Shown: positions 9,408-18,785 of the stretch, one piece after another
Layout: each line of letters starts with the position of its first letter
How positions within the stretch are numbered: the first letter of the stretch is position 1
Virus record (IMG/VR): IMGVR_UViG_3300047499_000163
Source of the DNA: an uncultured virus (IMG/VR IMGVR_UViG_3300047499_000163)
Lineage: Duplodnaviria; Heunggongvirae; Uroviricota; Caudoviricetes
Strand: one strand, 5' to 3'
DNA length: 64,000 bases
Made by a program: the position numbers and the translations under genes
Notes under the pieces: model-generated
Told to the model about the DNA's origin: nothing
Databases searched by the model: none
Seen by the model: only the letters and a program-made list of their open reading frames with translations

Positions 9408-10055
9408 CTACCTTGATTGGACACTCCTCGCCGGGCGAGTGCGAATGTCCTCGAAGTTGTCGTCGACGAGGAGCTTGCCGTTCTCCCAAACGGTCACCAT
9501 GGCCGAATCGGGAGAGGGCTTCCTGTCCGGGCGCGAGATGGTCTTGTAGCCATCCTGCGTCAGGATGGTATCCAGCCAGCCCGCAGCACTGGCCTTGTGG
9601 TGATCGGTCGCCGGGTCCTTGTTGAAGGCCACGTGCTCGCCGTTGACTGTGGCGTCCGACCCTTGTACGCGTAACCCTGCATGTCCCGGTTCACCTTCTG
9701 CAGGAGAGCGCTGCCGGAACCGAAGGCGAGATTGCTGGTCGAGAAACCTGCTCGAGCCACCGCCTCCAGGGCTTCGCCAGAAGGTCATCGACTGCGGCAG
9801 CACCATCGTCATCCGTCCGGACTCGGGTGACCCGCAGACGTCCGTCATGAGCACGCTCGTGAAGCTCGCGGACGGCTTCGGCACGATCAAGAACAGAAGG
9901 GGTACAAGGTCCTCAAGAACGTGGCCGTCATCCAGGGCGACGGCATCAACCCCGAAAGCATTCGCGAAATCTCTTCGTCCATCCGTTCTCGACTGCGTTC
10001 TTGAGGTCGTACGAATCCGACACGCATGCGATGAAAGGATACTTCTGTGCGGCGG
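9408..10055 (-). pseudogene. nadV: Nicotinamide phosphoribosyltransferase (NAMPT) remnant, C-terminal half, with an internal inversion and frameshifts
   Basis: Minus strand: ACVSDSYDLKNAV, FGSGSALLQKVNRD, KDPATDHHKAS, VWENGKLL. Plus strand: VIRPDSGDP and GYKVLKNVAVIQGDGI. Confidence 0.85.
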
Positions 10056-10060
10056 GAGCT

Positions 10061-11662
10061 TTACGCGAGTGCGACGTCCCAACCCGCGTCTATCTCTGCG
10101 AGCGTGGGCTGCAGGACGATCACCGGGTCAGGCTTGATGGGTGCCGGTGGCAGCTGGGACGGCAAGGGCTGTGATGGCGGGAGGGGAGCCGGGATGGCCT
10201 TCGGGCCCGTGTAATACATCGCCTGGTCGGCTTTGGCCATCATCGCAGCCAGCGTGGCTATCTTGTTCTGAGTCGCCGCGTTGAGCGGTTTCCCGACAAG
10301 CTGACTGGCCGCAGCAGCCAGGTATGCAGCCGAAGTGGCGCCCGTGCCGGTGGTGGTGGCTGCACTTGAAGTCGGAGGCCATGTGCTGCTGGTGATCTGA
10401 TTGATCTGATTGAATCCGAAGTCCTGGACAGTGTAGATATTACTGCCGGTGAGCGTGTTGGTTCCGATGGTGTAGTTCACCGCCGAGTTGCTGGTGATGT
10501 TGAGGTTCGTGATGCCGGCGGTGTTGTAAACGGCGCCGGTCCACTGCTGAGCCTGCCGTTTCTCCTCGCGGCTCATTGCGGCTTTCCAGAACGGGATTCC
10601 GCGCCAGAGCATGCTCGTCAGGAGCGCTGCACGCTGAATGGAACGCCGGTCTGAGAAGAACTGACTGACGTGTTCTTCGGGCGTCTCTCTCTGCTCGAGA
10701 GTCGCTGCCCAAGCAACGAGGCGAGGCTCGAGTCTCTGCGCATCGTGCAGACTCACCTCTGCGACTTCCTTGCCGTCGCAAAGGTAGACGTGCTCTTGTT
10801 TGCGATACACGAACTTGAACACACCCTCGCGGGTGGACCACTGCTCAAAGGCTTCCTTCGGAGTCCAGACCGTAATGGGAAGCTCCAGCTCGTAGGTGCC
10901 GGTCTTCCAATACTTGGCCAGGTACTCAGTTTCGAGCGCTTCCTCGCGCGCCTTCGCCCGGTTGGGGAAAAGCTGCTGCGGGCGTCTCCGCCACCTTTCG
11001 ACCACGGCCTTTCGCGGCTTGTTTTCTTTCGCGGGGTCGCAATCGACCAAACCCGCTTCCTGGTGGACCACCGCAACGTCCGACTGCGACATGAGCCGGA
11101 ATCGGAAGTTGAAACCGGGCCAGTGCCTCTGGAGGTTACGCGGAATGGAGCCGGCGAATCCGGTGTCGAGGAACAGCTCGTCACCCCGAAATCCGCGTGA
11201 CTCGAGGAACTGACGAATCTGAAGTTTGCTTGTCACATACCGCGACAGCTCGGGAATGAACAGGAACGGAATGCGCCGGCGCGCGCAGCATACGGCGAAC
11301 GTCCAGACGTCTCTCCCTCCAAGGAAAAGCTTGCTGCAGCCTTCCGTGCGGAGAGCGGCCAGCGCCGAGTCCACGGTATCCACGACGATCCTGTGGTGGA
11401 TGCGAGCCGACTCTCGATACTTGGAGTGTCCGCCGTGTGCGCTGACTTCGCGCACATCGAACTCCCACGGAACCTTCAGCTCCATGCAAAGCGTCCAAAG
11501 CTTCTTCAGCTCGGACGGCAAGTGCTCGGGAGCTTGCGGCGACGCTTTGACGGCGAAGGGCTTACCTATCTCGGACGTTCGTTTCTCCGCTGCCATGAAG
11601 GCAGGAAATACGAACTCGTGAAAGTGTTCCCGAAGCCATCTGTTACCGCCGCCGTCGCTCAT
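10061..11662 (-). CDS. Hypothetical protein with a low-complexity Thr/Ala/Pro C-terminus
   Basis: 533 aa; FLGGRD and FLDTGFAGSI motifs; purine-rich GGGAGAAAG before the ATG. Confidence 0.65.
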   Translation of the reverse strand: MSDGGGNRWLREHFHEFVFPAFMAAEKRTSEIGKPFAVKASPQAPEHLPSELKKLWTLCMELKVPWEFDVREVSAHGGHSKYRESARIHHRIVVDTVDSALAALRTEGCSKLFLGGRDVWTFAVCCARRRIPFLFIPELSRYVTSKLQIRQFLESRGFRGDELFLDTGFAGSIPRNLQRHWPGFNFRFRLMSQSDVAVVHQEAGLVDCDPAKENKPRKAVVERWRRRPQQLFPNRAKAREEALETEYLAKYWKTGTYELELPITVWTPKEAFEQWSTREGVFKFVYRKQEHVYLCDGKEVAEVSLHDAQRLEPRLVAWAATLEQRETPEEHVSQFFSDRRSIQRAALLTSMLWRGIPFWKAAMSREEKRQAQQWTGAVYNTAGITNLNITSNSAVNYTIGTNTLTGSNIYTVQDFGFNQINQITSSTWPPTSSAATTTGTGATSAAYLAAAASQLVGKPLNAATQNKIATLAAMMAKADQAMYYTGPKAIPAPLPPSQPLPSQLPPAPIKPDPVIVLQPTLAEIDAGWDVALA

Positions 11663-12056
11663 CTTTCTCCCGGTTCACGCCCCCGGAGAGTTGGGCTGGA
11701 ACTCTCCGGGGGCAACTGCGTCAGACCTTACGGCCTCCCGGCCGCGACCTTTCGGTCTACTGCCTAACTAGCGTTCGACACTGCACTTCGGCCTTCGCTA
11801 TTCCGGATCAGAATCCCATATCCCATCCCGGGATGACTTTCTATGCAATGCTCCAACGCATGCATGATATGTTAGAAAGTCAGAGAAACTGACACACGAC
11901 CAACTATCATCAAATTTATTAGCCTTCGGAAGGGCAAAGACTTGTCTCCGGGGTCTGCGCGGAGATTTCGGCACCTAACTGGCACCTTGAGCCTGCCGGC
12001 CCGTTCACTACAGTGACCGTCTTTAACCCGACGACCAGGGGTACTCGTCCTGAGTC

Positions 12057-12545
12057 CTAGACATTGGACGCAGGAGTCTGCTCGGTCCGAGCGCCGATCT
12101 TTTGCCACCGGACTTTCACAGGATTACCAGACCTGCGGAAGAACGCGAACTCGATGGAATCCGGCTTCTTTTCGGTGACACGGTGCTTCACCTCCTTTCC
12201 TTCGAAATGGCGGATTGCCCGCCTTCGAGTCTTCTTCTTGATTTCGTCGAGCTGCGACTTGGAGCGGCTGCCCTCGTTCGAGAGGGTGCAGATGAGCTTG
12301 GACCCGTCCTTGAGGAGCTTCGGCTTGTCCTCGGTCGGCTTGTCCTCTGGTTTCGCCTCGACGGGCTTCTCTTCCGCGGGCTTGGCCTCGACGGGCTTCT
12401 CGACCGGAGGCTTGGGCTCCGAGCGGTATGGGCCGCTCTTGGGAGGTGTGACCTCTTCCGCCGCCCCACAGAAGGAATCGCGTGCCTTTTCGAAAAGGAC
12501 CTTCCAGAACGTCATGAGCAGCTCCGTGACCTTGTGCATCACCAT
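12057..12545 (-). CDS. Hypothetical protein with EKPVEAKP repeats
   Basis: GGAGG upstream; internal duplication EKPVEAKPAEEKPVEAKP. Confidence 0.55.
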   Translation of the reverse strand: MVMHKVTELLMTFWKVLFEKARDSFCGAAEEVTPPKSGPYRSEPKPPVEKPVEAKPAEEKPVEAKPEDKPTEDKPKLLKDGSKLICTLSNEGSRSKSQLDEIKKKTRRRAIRHFEGKEVKHRVTEKKPDSIEFAFFRRSGNPVKVRWQKIGARTEQTPASNV

Positions 12546-12853
12546 ACACCTCCGGCCAGGTACTCCCCTACGGCGGTTCCGGCCGGACCTACGACTCCAT
12601 GCTTCTGACCCTCGAAGTCCACGTGGCAGATGTTGCAGTCGTGTCGCTTGCACCAGACCTGGAAGCCGATCTTGGTCCAACCGCACTCTACCTTCTGGTA
12701 ATCGGCCGGAGAAACCCCGTCGACGTCCGGATCGTTGCGGGCAGCCTTCTCCTGATACTCCTGCAAGCATTGTCCGCAGTGCATGTAGGCGCCGATTGAG
12801 TTCTCCATCGGGATTTCCCGCTTTTCCTTGGGCATACCAGAAGATACGTCCAA
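12539..12853 (-). CDS. Cys/His-rich hypothetical protein
   Basis: HCGQC...GWTKIGFQVWCKRH...HVDFEGQKH. Confidence 0.6.
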   Translation of the reverse strand: MDVSSGMPKEKREIPMENSIGAYMHCGQCLQEYQEKAARNDPDVDGVSPADYQKVECGWTKIGFQVWCKRHDCNICHVDFEGQKHGVVGPAGTAVGEYLAGGVW

Positions 12854-12904
12854 CCCGACCGGGTTTCCGGGTCACTAGACCCCTGATGAAGTTGGATAGT
12901 CAAG

Positions 12905-13573
12905 ATGACAAGCGCCGCGACCGCTACCCTGTCTCTCCAGTACACGCCGCCCAACGCCGCGGCCAACTCGGGCAACGTGCTGTACCCGGTCGTGGCGAAC
13001 TACAACGCCCAAAACGTGGGCCAGTTCGACATCCTGTCGACCGAAACTGCACCGGTCGTCAACAACGTTCCGTTCGGGAGCGTGACCCAGTGCCTGATGC
13101 TGGTCGTCAAGAACGGGCAGGCGACGGACATCGGAGTCCAGATCAACGGCGGAGTCCAGCTCGCCGGGACGACCGCCTCCATCAGCTTCTCGTCCGGCGT
13201 CAACACCATCACGGGGCTCCAGGGAATGACTTCGGCGATGGTCGGCAAGACCATCACAATCGCTGGGTCGACGACGCCGGCCAACAACGGCACCTTCACA
13301 ATCGTGAGCGTCCCCAGTGCGTCGTCGGTGACTGTCACCAACGCGTCGGGCGCGACCGACTCGAGCGGGGCCGTCGTGTGGGTCCTGCACATGACCCTCG
13401 ACAACTACAAGATCCCGCCGGGCGGCCTCATGATGTTCGCGGCTCCGCAGGCTCCAGGAGTGCCGGCTAGCACGCCGCCCGAGGCTTTCATCTCCTCGTG
13501 CACCATCACGTCGTACGCGGTGCCCGCGGTCAACAACGTCGAGACGATTTCGTACTTCGTCTTCGGGAACTGA
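12905..13573 (+). CDS. Putative structural protein
   Basis: Thr/Ser-rich; ITIAGSTTPANNGTFTIVSV motif also occurs in the 308-4718 paralogues. Confidence 0.6.
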   Translation: MTSAATATLSLQYTPPNAAANSGNVLYPVVANYNAQNVGQFDILSTETAPVVNNVPFGSVTQCLMLVVKNGQATDIGVQINGGVQLAGTTASISFSSGVNTITGLQGMTSAMVGKTITIAGSTTPANNGTFTIVSVPSASSVTVTNASGATDSSGAVVWVLHMTLDNYKIPPGGLMMFAAPQAPGVPASTPPEAFISSCTITSYAVPAVNNVETISYFVFGN

Positions 13574-13575
13574 AC

Positions 13576-13806
13576 ATGAAGAAGCTCGTCCTGCTCCTGG
13601 TTTCGCTCGCGGCTTGCGGTGGGGGACTGCATTCCGAGAGCAAGCAGGACATCGAAAACGCCGCCAAGACATCAGCTGCCGCGTACAGATATATGGACGC
13701 GGACACGCCGGCGGCGGCGCTCATTCGGGCGTCACACTGCGCTGACCAAGCCGTCATTCGCAACGAGGGTCTCGACCCAGTCGATTCGGGCGTCCCGTGT
13801 CAATAG
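13576..13806 (+). CDS. Small lipoprotein
   Basis: MKKLVLLLVSLAAC lipobox. Confidence 0.6.
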   Translation: MKKLVLLLVSLAACGGGLHSESKQDIENAAKTSAAAYRYMDADTPAAALIRASHCADQAVIRNEGLDPVDSGVPCQ

Positions 13807-14090
13807 ACCTCGCCGGCAAGGGCCTGTCGTTCAATGACGCGGTCGTGGCCATCACGACCGAGTACCCGTTCATGTCGGACGCCGACGTCCGTGGGTTCTT
13901 TGCATGCACCGATGACGAGCGTGCGCTCATCGTCCAGACCTACAAGGACGCGGGAAAGATCCCGGGTCCGAGCGGCTGGGAAGTTTTCCTCAAGATCATG
14001 GGCGCGTGCGTCGACATCGCCAACATGGTCATTCCGCTCACGGGCGCCATTCAAGGCATCTACGGCGTCACGCAGCTCGGCAAGGGCTAG
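13797..14090 (+). CDS. Hypothetical protein with a hydrophobic C-terminus
   Basis: 97 aa, overlaps the upstream gene. Confidence 0.55.
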   Translation: MSIDLAGKGLSFNDAVVAITTEYPFMSDADVRGFFACTDDERALIVQTYKDAGKIPGPSGWEVFLKIMGACVDIANMVIPLTGAIQGIYGVTQLGKG

Positions 14091-14141
14091 CTGGTCATCA
14101 CGAAGTGGACCGTCGCCATCCCATTCGAGACTCAAACGATG

Positions 14142-15470
14142 CTAACCGGAGTTAACAACGCTGCTCGATTCCTGTCCAAGAGGAAGTTTCGTCTCGATCT
14201 GAAGATCGGGACCAGCGCTCCCTTGACGACAGGCTGCAACCGCCAGGGCGGCGGCCAGAGCTTCCAGGTTCTTCGCGGCGTTTTCGTCGCGGTCGTGCTC
14301 GGCACCGCAGGCGTCGCACGTCCAGCGCCGCTCGCCGAGCACGAGGTCAGCGTAGACGACGCCGCAGGCAGAGCACGTTTTGCTCGATGGGTAGAAGCGG
14401 TCGGCCCGCACGATGGTGCTTCCGGCGAGCGGCGCCTTGTAGTCGAGTTGGCGTCCAACCTCGGCCATAGCGGCATCCATGATCGACTTGGCGAGCCGGG
14501 TGCGCGCCATGCCCTTGACGCAGAGGTCCTCGATGCCGATCCATCGGAAGCGACGCACGATGCTCGTAGTGAGCTTGTGTGTCACGTCGCGCCGGATGTT
14601 GGCGATCCGCTCGTGCAAGCGGCCGAGCTTCGCCTTGGTCTTCTGCCAGTTCTGACCTCCTCTGATGCGCCGAGACAGCTCCTTGTTGAGCCGTCGCAGC
14701 TTGTCCTCGTACTGCCGCAGGACGCGGGGCGCCTCGACTCGCTCTCCACTGGAGAGCACGGCGAGATCGACGACTCCACGATCGACCCCCACCGCTGCTT
14801 GAGTTTCGCAACGGTGGGGATACGACCAGCGGGACTCGTCGATCTCGACCATGATCGAGACGTACCAGTGACCGGCGCGCTTCGTGAATCGTGCCGAGAG
14901 AATCTTGCCGGGAAAGCGGAGCGCCTCACGTGTGCGCAGCCACCCGAGCTTGGGGAGCTTGATGCGGCGCCCATCGAAGCGGAGGGCTCTGGCTTCGATG
15001 GCGAAGGACGGAGTGCTTCGCTTCTTCGACTTGAACCTCGGATAGCCTGGCTTCTGTCCGAGCTTCACCCGCCGGAAAAAGTGAGAGAAGGCGTTGTCGA
15101 GATCTTGGAGAGCATTGTTTGAGACCGCCCAGGGGATCTCCTTCATCCAGGTGAGGTCCGTGGCCTTGCGAGCATTCAGCTCGGCGTTGAGCGCCCGCCA
15201 GTTCGGCTTACCACCGGCCGCATAGGTGGCCTGCCAGCGAGCAAGTCCCCAGTTGAAAGCGAACCTCGACGTACCCGCGCACCGCTCGAAGAACGTCACC
15301 TGGACGTTGTTCGGATCGAGCACCGTCCGGCACAGCCTCAAATCAGGTGGTTGCCCAGTGACCAACTTTGAGCAACTTCCCGAGTACGGTGAGGAACCAT
15401 GAGGCCGAGTCCTTGGTCGATAATTGCCATGCATACTATGCAGCGTACAAAATTGTACACCATGCCACAT
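14142..15470 (-). CDS. tnpB: RNA-guided endonuclease TnpB (IS200/IS605/IS607 family); true start uncertain, homology begins near 15335
   Basis: RFAFNWGL, GYPRFKSKK, IKLPKLGW, RuvC-I VGVDRG, RuvC-II IGIEDL, Zn finger SSKTCSACG/WTCDACG, RuvC-III DRDENAAKNL. Confidence 0.92.
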   Translation of the reverse strand: MWHGVQFCTLHSMHGNYRPRTRPHGSSPYSGSCSKLVTGQPPDLRLCRTVLDPNNVQVTFFERCAGTSRFAFNWGLARWQATYAAGGKPNWRALNAELNARKATDLTWMKEIPWAVSNNALQDLDNAFSHFFRRVKLGQKPGYPRFKSKKRSTPSFAIEARALRFDGRRIKLPKLGWLRTREALRFPGKILSARFTKRAGHWYVSIMVEIDESRWSYPHRCETQAAVGVDRGVVDLAVLSSGERVEAPRVLRQYEDKLRRLNKELSRRIRGGQNWQKTKAKLGRLHERIANIRRDVTHKLTTSIVRRFRWIGIEDLCVKGMARTRLAKSIMDAAMAEVGRQLDYKAPLAGSTIVRADRFYPSSKTCSACGVVYADLVLGERRWTCDACGAEHDRDENAAKNLEALAAALAVAACRQGSAGPDLQIETKLPLGQESSSVVNSG

Positions 15471-15484
15471 ATTTCTCGAATACC

Positions 15485-15539
15485 TGGCAGGGATCGACGA
15501 AATATATGGCAGGGATCGACGAAATATATGGCAGGGATC
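15485..15539. repeat. 22-bp tandem repeat, 2.5 copies
   Basis: TGGCAGGGATCGACGAAATATA twice, then TGGCAGGGATC. Confidence 0.9.
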
Positions 15540-15544
15540 TACGG

Positions 15545-16384
15545 CTAAGACTCCATGACGTGTTCAACTGCGAGCAGGTCTCGCATTGGACCGCGTTCGC
15601 GTTTCACCGCCTGGCAAAATTGCCGCTGATTGAACCTGTCCCAATTCGCAAGAATGAACTCTTCCATCTTGTCGAGGTCTATGCCAGGGACGTCGGCACA
15701 TACTTGCACAAATATCGTGGGCATGCAGCCTACCTCGAGCAGACACCTCTCCAGGATGGGAACAGCCTCTGGCCGTCCCTCGCAGAGGCGGGCCATGTGA
15801 CGTCCCACGGGATCTCGTGCCTTTAGCAGAAGAAGTGTGATGGTTGCAAACAATGACATTCTATGGGGAAGACGCACGGTCATGTCGACGAGCCGGCCGA
15901 CATCACCTGCATGCGTAGCGATCCAATGCTGAACGGGCACGGGGTTGGTGTTCGGCACGTCGCGCAAGAACATCTCGAAAAATCCGGCATCGAGCCGCTC
16001 ACTCAGTGGTGGGGCTGGAAGATGCTCATACTTTCGTTCCTCGGCTTGCCGCACGAGTTCGTTCTGGATCTCCTGCGCGAGTTCAGGACGAGACTTCGCC
16101 AGCGCCTTCACGGCAAACACGTCGCCCGAACTCCGAACACGCTCGACGATCAGCGCCAGGTCATCGCCCTCGAAGAGGGCTGCCATCTCTGCGCAATAGA
16201 CCGGGTGCTCCTGGAGCGAAGCTATTAGCAACTCGTCCTTCCATTTGGGAAGGAGCTTTCGAAAGCGTGGGTGTCCTCCGAAGAGGCTCACTTCAAGCTT
16301 GATCCAGACTACTCGGTTGACAAACCCCTCTTCGAGGGGCCGCTGCCTGAGCCGGTCGGGGAGTGCTGCATCATCATCGCTCAC
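15545..16384 (-). CDS. Hypothetical protein with C-terminal VMES tag
   Basis: 279 aa ending DLLAVEHVMES*; promoter motif at 16395-16418. Confidence 0.7.
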   Translation of the reverse strand: MSDDDAALPDRLRQRPLEEGFVNRVVWIKLEVSLFGGHPRFRKLLPKWKDELLIASLQEHPVYCAEMAALFEGDDLALIVERVRSSGDVFAVKALAKSRPELAQEIQNELVRQAEERKYEHLPAPPLSERLDAGFFEMFLRDVPNTNPVPVQHWIATHAGDVGRLVDMTVRLPHRMSLFATITLLLLKARDPVGRHMARLCEGRPEAVPILERCLLEVGCMPTIFVQVCADVPGIDLDKMEEFILANWDRFNQRQFCQAVKRERGPMRDLLAVEHVMES

Positions 16385-16394
16385 CCTTGAATGG

Positions 16395-16418
16395 TACGCC
16401 GGCGAATTCTCTACTTAC
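16395..16418 (-). promoter_or_regulatory. Phage promoter motif GTAA-N16-CGTA
   Basis: Exact spacing; GTG start 10 nt downstream. Confidence 0.6.
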
Positions 16419-16684
16419 GACTCCATGACGTAAACCACAACCGCAGCTTCACAAAGGGGGCAGGAGTTTTCGTTGACGCCGAAATCCTTCCAAAGCCTGT
16501 TGTGAGGGCATACGTCTGGCCATTCGAGCTGCTCTTTGGGAGTCACTTGTTCCAAACCCCAGGAGCGCTTGATGTAGCGTCTGTGGCATCTGACGCAGAC
16601 CATCGCTATAACGCGGCTCTTGGTCGCGTCAAGCTCTTCGTCGAGAGCCCATCCACAGACGCACGGATTTCCGAGGAAGCTCAC
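16415..16684 (-). CDS. Cys-rich small protein with C-terminal VMES tag
   Basis: CVC, CVRC, CPH, CPLCEAAVVVYVMES*. Confidence 0.7.
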   Translation of the reverse strand: MSFLGNPCVCGWALDEELDATKSRVIAMVCVRCHRRYIKRSWGLEQVTPKEQLEWPDVCPHNRLWKDFGVNENSCPLCEAAVVVYVMES

Positions 16685-16751
16685 AATTTCGGGCTCCGCC
16701 GGATGTGGACCGGGTTATGGCATAACTGCAGTCGCTCGAGCGGAGACATAA

Positions 16752-17021
16752 TTAGTTCTTGCCCGAATTCCGTACCCCGGCTCTCTGGTGCATGTCCTTC
16801 GGAAGCGTGTTGCGCAAAAAGCAGTCGAGGTGCCACGCCTCGAGGGTAACTTCGCACACCTCGTTTGCAAAGTCCACTTCATGGACCTTGGGCATCACTA
16901 AGCCTTGATCACCCTCGTCGATGTTGGCCGTGCACTTGGGGCATTTCTCACCGACTGGCGTTGAAATGCGGTCCTCCGGCACGCAGAGGTGCGGATTCCA
17001 AGGCTTGCCGAACCACTTCAT
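16752..17021 (-). CDS. Small zinc-binding hypothetical protein
   Basis: CPKC...WHLDC. Confidence 0.55.
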   Translation of the reverse strand: MKWFGKPWNPHLCVPEDRISTPVGEKCPKCTANIDEGDQGLVMPKVHEVDFANEVCEVTLEAWHLDCFLRNTLPKDMHQRAGVRNSGKN

Positions 17022-17329
17022 CGAGAGATCGGTGCTGTCCCGTTGGCCTCGTCGAGGATTGCTTCGATTTCGCGCATGCGGGCGCGCTCTTCGTCGTCCT
17101 TCTTCTGGCACTCGGCGTAGACGGCATCGAAGATTTCACGGGCTCGGTCCTGGAACCTGTCCAGATTCAGGCCGAATCCCTGCGAAAGGCGGCGCCGGAT
17201 TTCGTTGGACGACAGATGTGACAAAAGAGCTTCTCTACCCTTGTGCGAGTAGACGGCCATGTCTGCCATGGCGAGTGCCATCCAGAGTGCTCGTTCCTCG
17301 TCGCGAATCGGTGGTGTCTTGCGACTCAT
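17018..17329 (-). CDS. Hypothetical protein
   Basis: 103 aa, coupled to its neighbours. Confidence 0.55.
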   Translation of the reverse strand: MSRKTPPIRDEERALWMALAMADMAVYSHKGREALLSHLSSNEIRRRLSQGFGLNLDRFQDRAREIFDAVYAECQKKDDEERARMREIEAILDEANGTAPISR

Positions 17330-17338
17330 GCACTGACC

Positions 17339-17746
17339 CTACGACTTCCACTCGGCGTCGAGGGTTCCGGGCTCCACATAAAGCTCGTGGCCTGACACCC
17401 AATTCAGGCAGAATGAGCCGATGTGCACGATGGCGAAGACTTTGACCATCCCGCGAGGCAGCTCCTTCCTGAACCAAGCCTTGGTTTCAGGAAACTGCAT
17501 GAGGCCACGTTTCTTGGCGGAACTCAGTGGGATGATCGTTCCATGTGGGCCAAACACTTCGTCCATCCCTCCCATGGGTTCGAAAACCACCACAGGGATG
17601 GCTCCGGTCGCGGCGATTTGGCGAATTTTCTCAGAACCCGGGAGCATCACTTCATCGACCACCCTCCGTACTACGGCGGCTTCTTCTGGCTTGAGAACCC
17701 AATCGTAGGTGCGTGAAGGCTGCATCTTTTGGGCCATATCAGCCAC
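17339..17746 (-). CDS. Hypothetical protein
   Basis: 135 aa, downstream of the promoter at 17750-17773. Confidence 0.6.
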   Translation of the reverse strand: MADMAQKMQPSRTYDWVLKPEEAAVVRRVVDEVMLPGSEKIRQIAATGAIPVVVFEPMGGMDEVFGPHGTIIPLSSAKKRGLMQFPETKAWFRKELPRGMVKVFAIVHIGSFCLNWVSGHELYVEPGTLDAEWKS

Positions 17747-17749
17747 AAA

Positions 17750-17773
17750 TACGCGAAAGCCCCAGCAGCTTAC
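17750..17773 (-). promoter_or_regulatory. Phage promoter motif GTAA-N16-CGTA
   Basis: Exact spacing, intergenic. Confidence 0.65.
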
Positions 17774-17877
17774 GCTGCCAGGGCCTCCGTGTTCTCAGTA
17801 ATTCCCGCTTCCGGTTACTATGGCCGCTTCCGGTTACTATGGCTTGCGCCAGGGAGTCACGTAACAGGTGAGACCTT

Positions 17878-18585
17878 TCAGCCGAACTTGAGACCGGGCG
17901 CCGAGCGCGTGACGGCCTGGTCGAGAACGGCCTTGAGCGAATCGGGGACGCGCTTGCTCTCCTGCTCGTAGCCCTCGGTCGTCGCGACCTTCGTGGTCGT
18001 GTCGAAGAGATTCTCCATCGAGGTCTCGATCTCGTCGGGCTTGAGCCCGACCTCGGCGAGGATGCCGCGGATCAGCTCCTCGGCGTTCGGCTTGAGCGAC
18101 TTGGTGACCGTCTCGGTGAACAGTCGCGGGAACAGCTCGCCCAGCGCTTCCTTGTTGCCGAGGACGATGTCCTGCTGCACGCTGTACTTGTTGCTGCAGA
18201 TGACGGAGATGTACTGCTTCTCCTTGCCGCCGCCCGGAACGTCGACCTCGTAGGGGACCTTCACCGTCGTGATGTTGGCCTTGAACGTGTCGTTGTAGAG
18301 GCCGCGCTTGGATGAGCCGTATTCGCGAGTTTCGGCCTGCAGGACCTTGAACTCGGCCTCAGCCTTCTCGAGCGCTTCCTTCAGGCCGGCGCATTGGCCC
18401 GCCTTCTCCGCGAACGCCGGATCGAACCCGAGGGTCACGACGTTCTTGGAACCCTTGGCCATCGAAGCGCCGGCGATGGCCGGATCGGTGACCTGCGTGG
18501 AGAGAGCTGCCGCCGCGGCAGCCGGCTTCTTCTGAGAGAGAGCCTTGAGGGCAGACAGCGCGGACGGCTTGCTTTCGGTTGTCAT
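17878..18585 (-). CDS. Hypothetical protein with strong codon bias
   Basis: 235 aa, near-uniform G/C third positions, own promoter and long leader. Confidence 0.75.
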   Translation of the reverse strand: MTTESKPSALSALKALSQKKPAAAAAALSTQVTDPAIAGASMAKGSKNVVTLGFDPAFAEKAGQCAGLKEALEKAEAEFKVLQAETREYGSSKRGLYNDTFKANITTVKVPYEVDVPGGGKEKQYISVICSNKYSVQQDIVLGNKEALGELFPRLFTETVTKSLKPNAEELIRGILAEVGLKPDEIETSMENLFDTTTKVATTEGYEQESKRVPDSLKAVLDQAVTRSAPGLKFG

Positions 18586-18734
18586 GATCGTGCCTTTTCT
18601 CGGAGAGCGGTCATCCGCTTGTGAGACCTTAGCCTCGGTCCGGCACCATTGCCTTATCCTTGGGTCGGCTCGCTGCGGGGACGTTTCCCCTTCTTGGTAC
18701 TGCGACAGGCCGGAACCCCGGCCACACTTAACTC

Positions 18735-18758
18735 TACACTCGTGACGCCCGAGTTTAC
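18735..18758 (-). promoter_or_regulatory. Phage promoter motif GTAA-N16-TGTA
   Basis: Exact spacing, intergenic. Confidence 0.6.
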
Positions 18759-18785
18759 GCCTTGCCTGGTAGGATAACCACCTAC

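Noticed and set aside
12064..13470. 468-aa plus-strand ORF
   Set aside because: Composite of antisense and off-frame readings over three better-supported genes.
14139..15122. 327-aa plus-strand ORF
   Set aside because: Antisense shadow of tnpB; high GC suppresses stops.
15485..15539. 22-bp repeats as a CRISPR array
   Set aside because: Copies are directly adjacent with no spacers.
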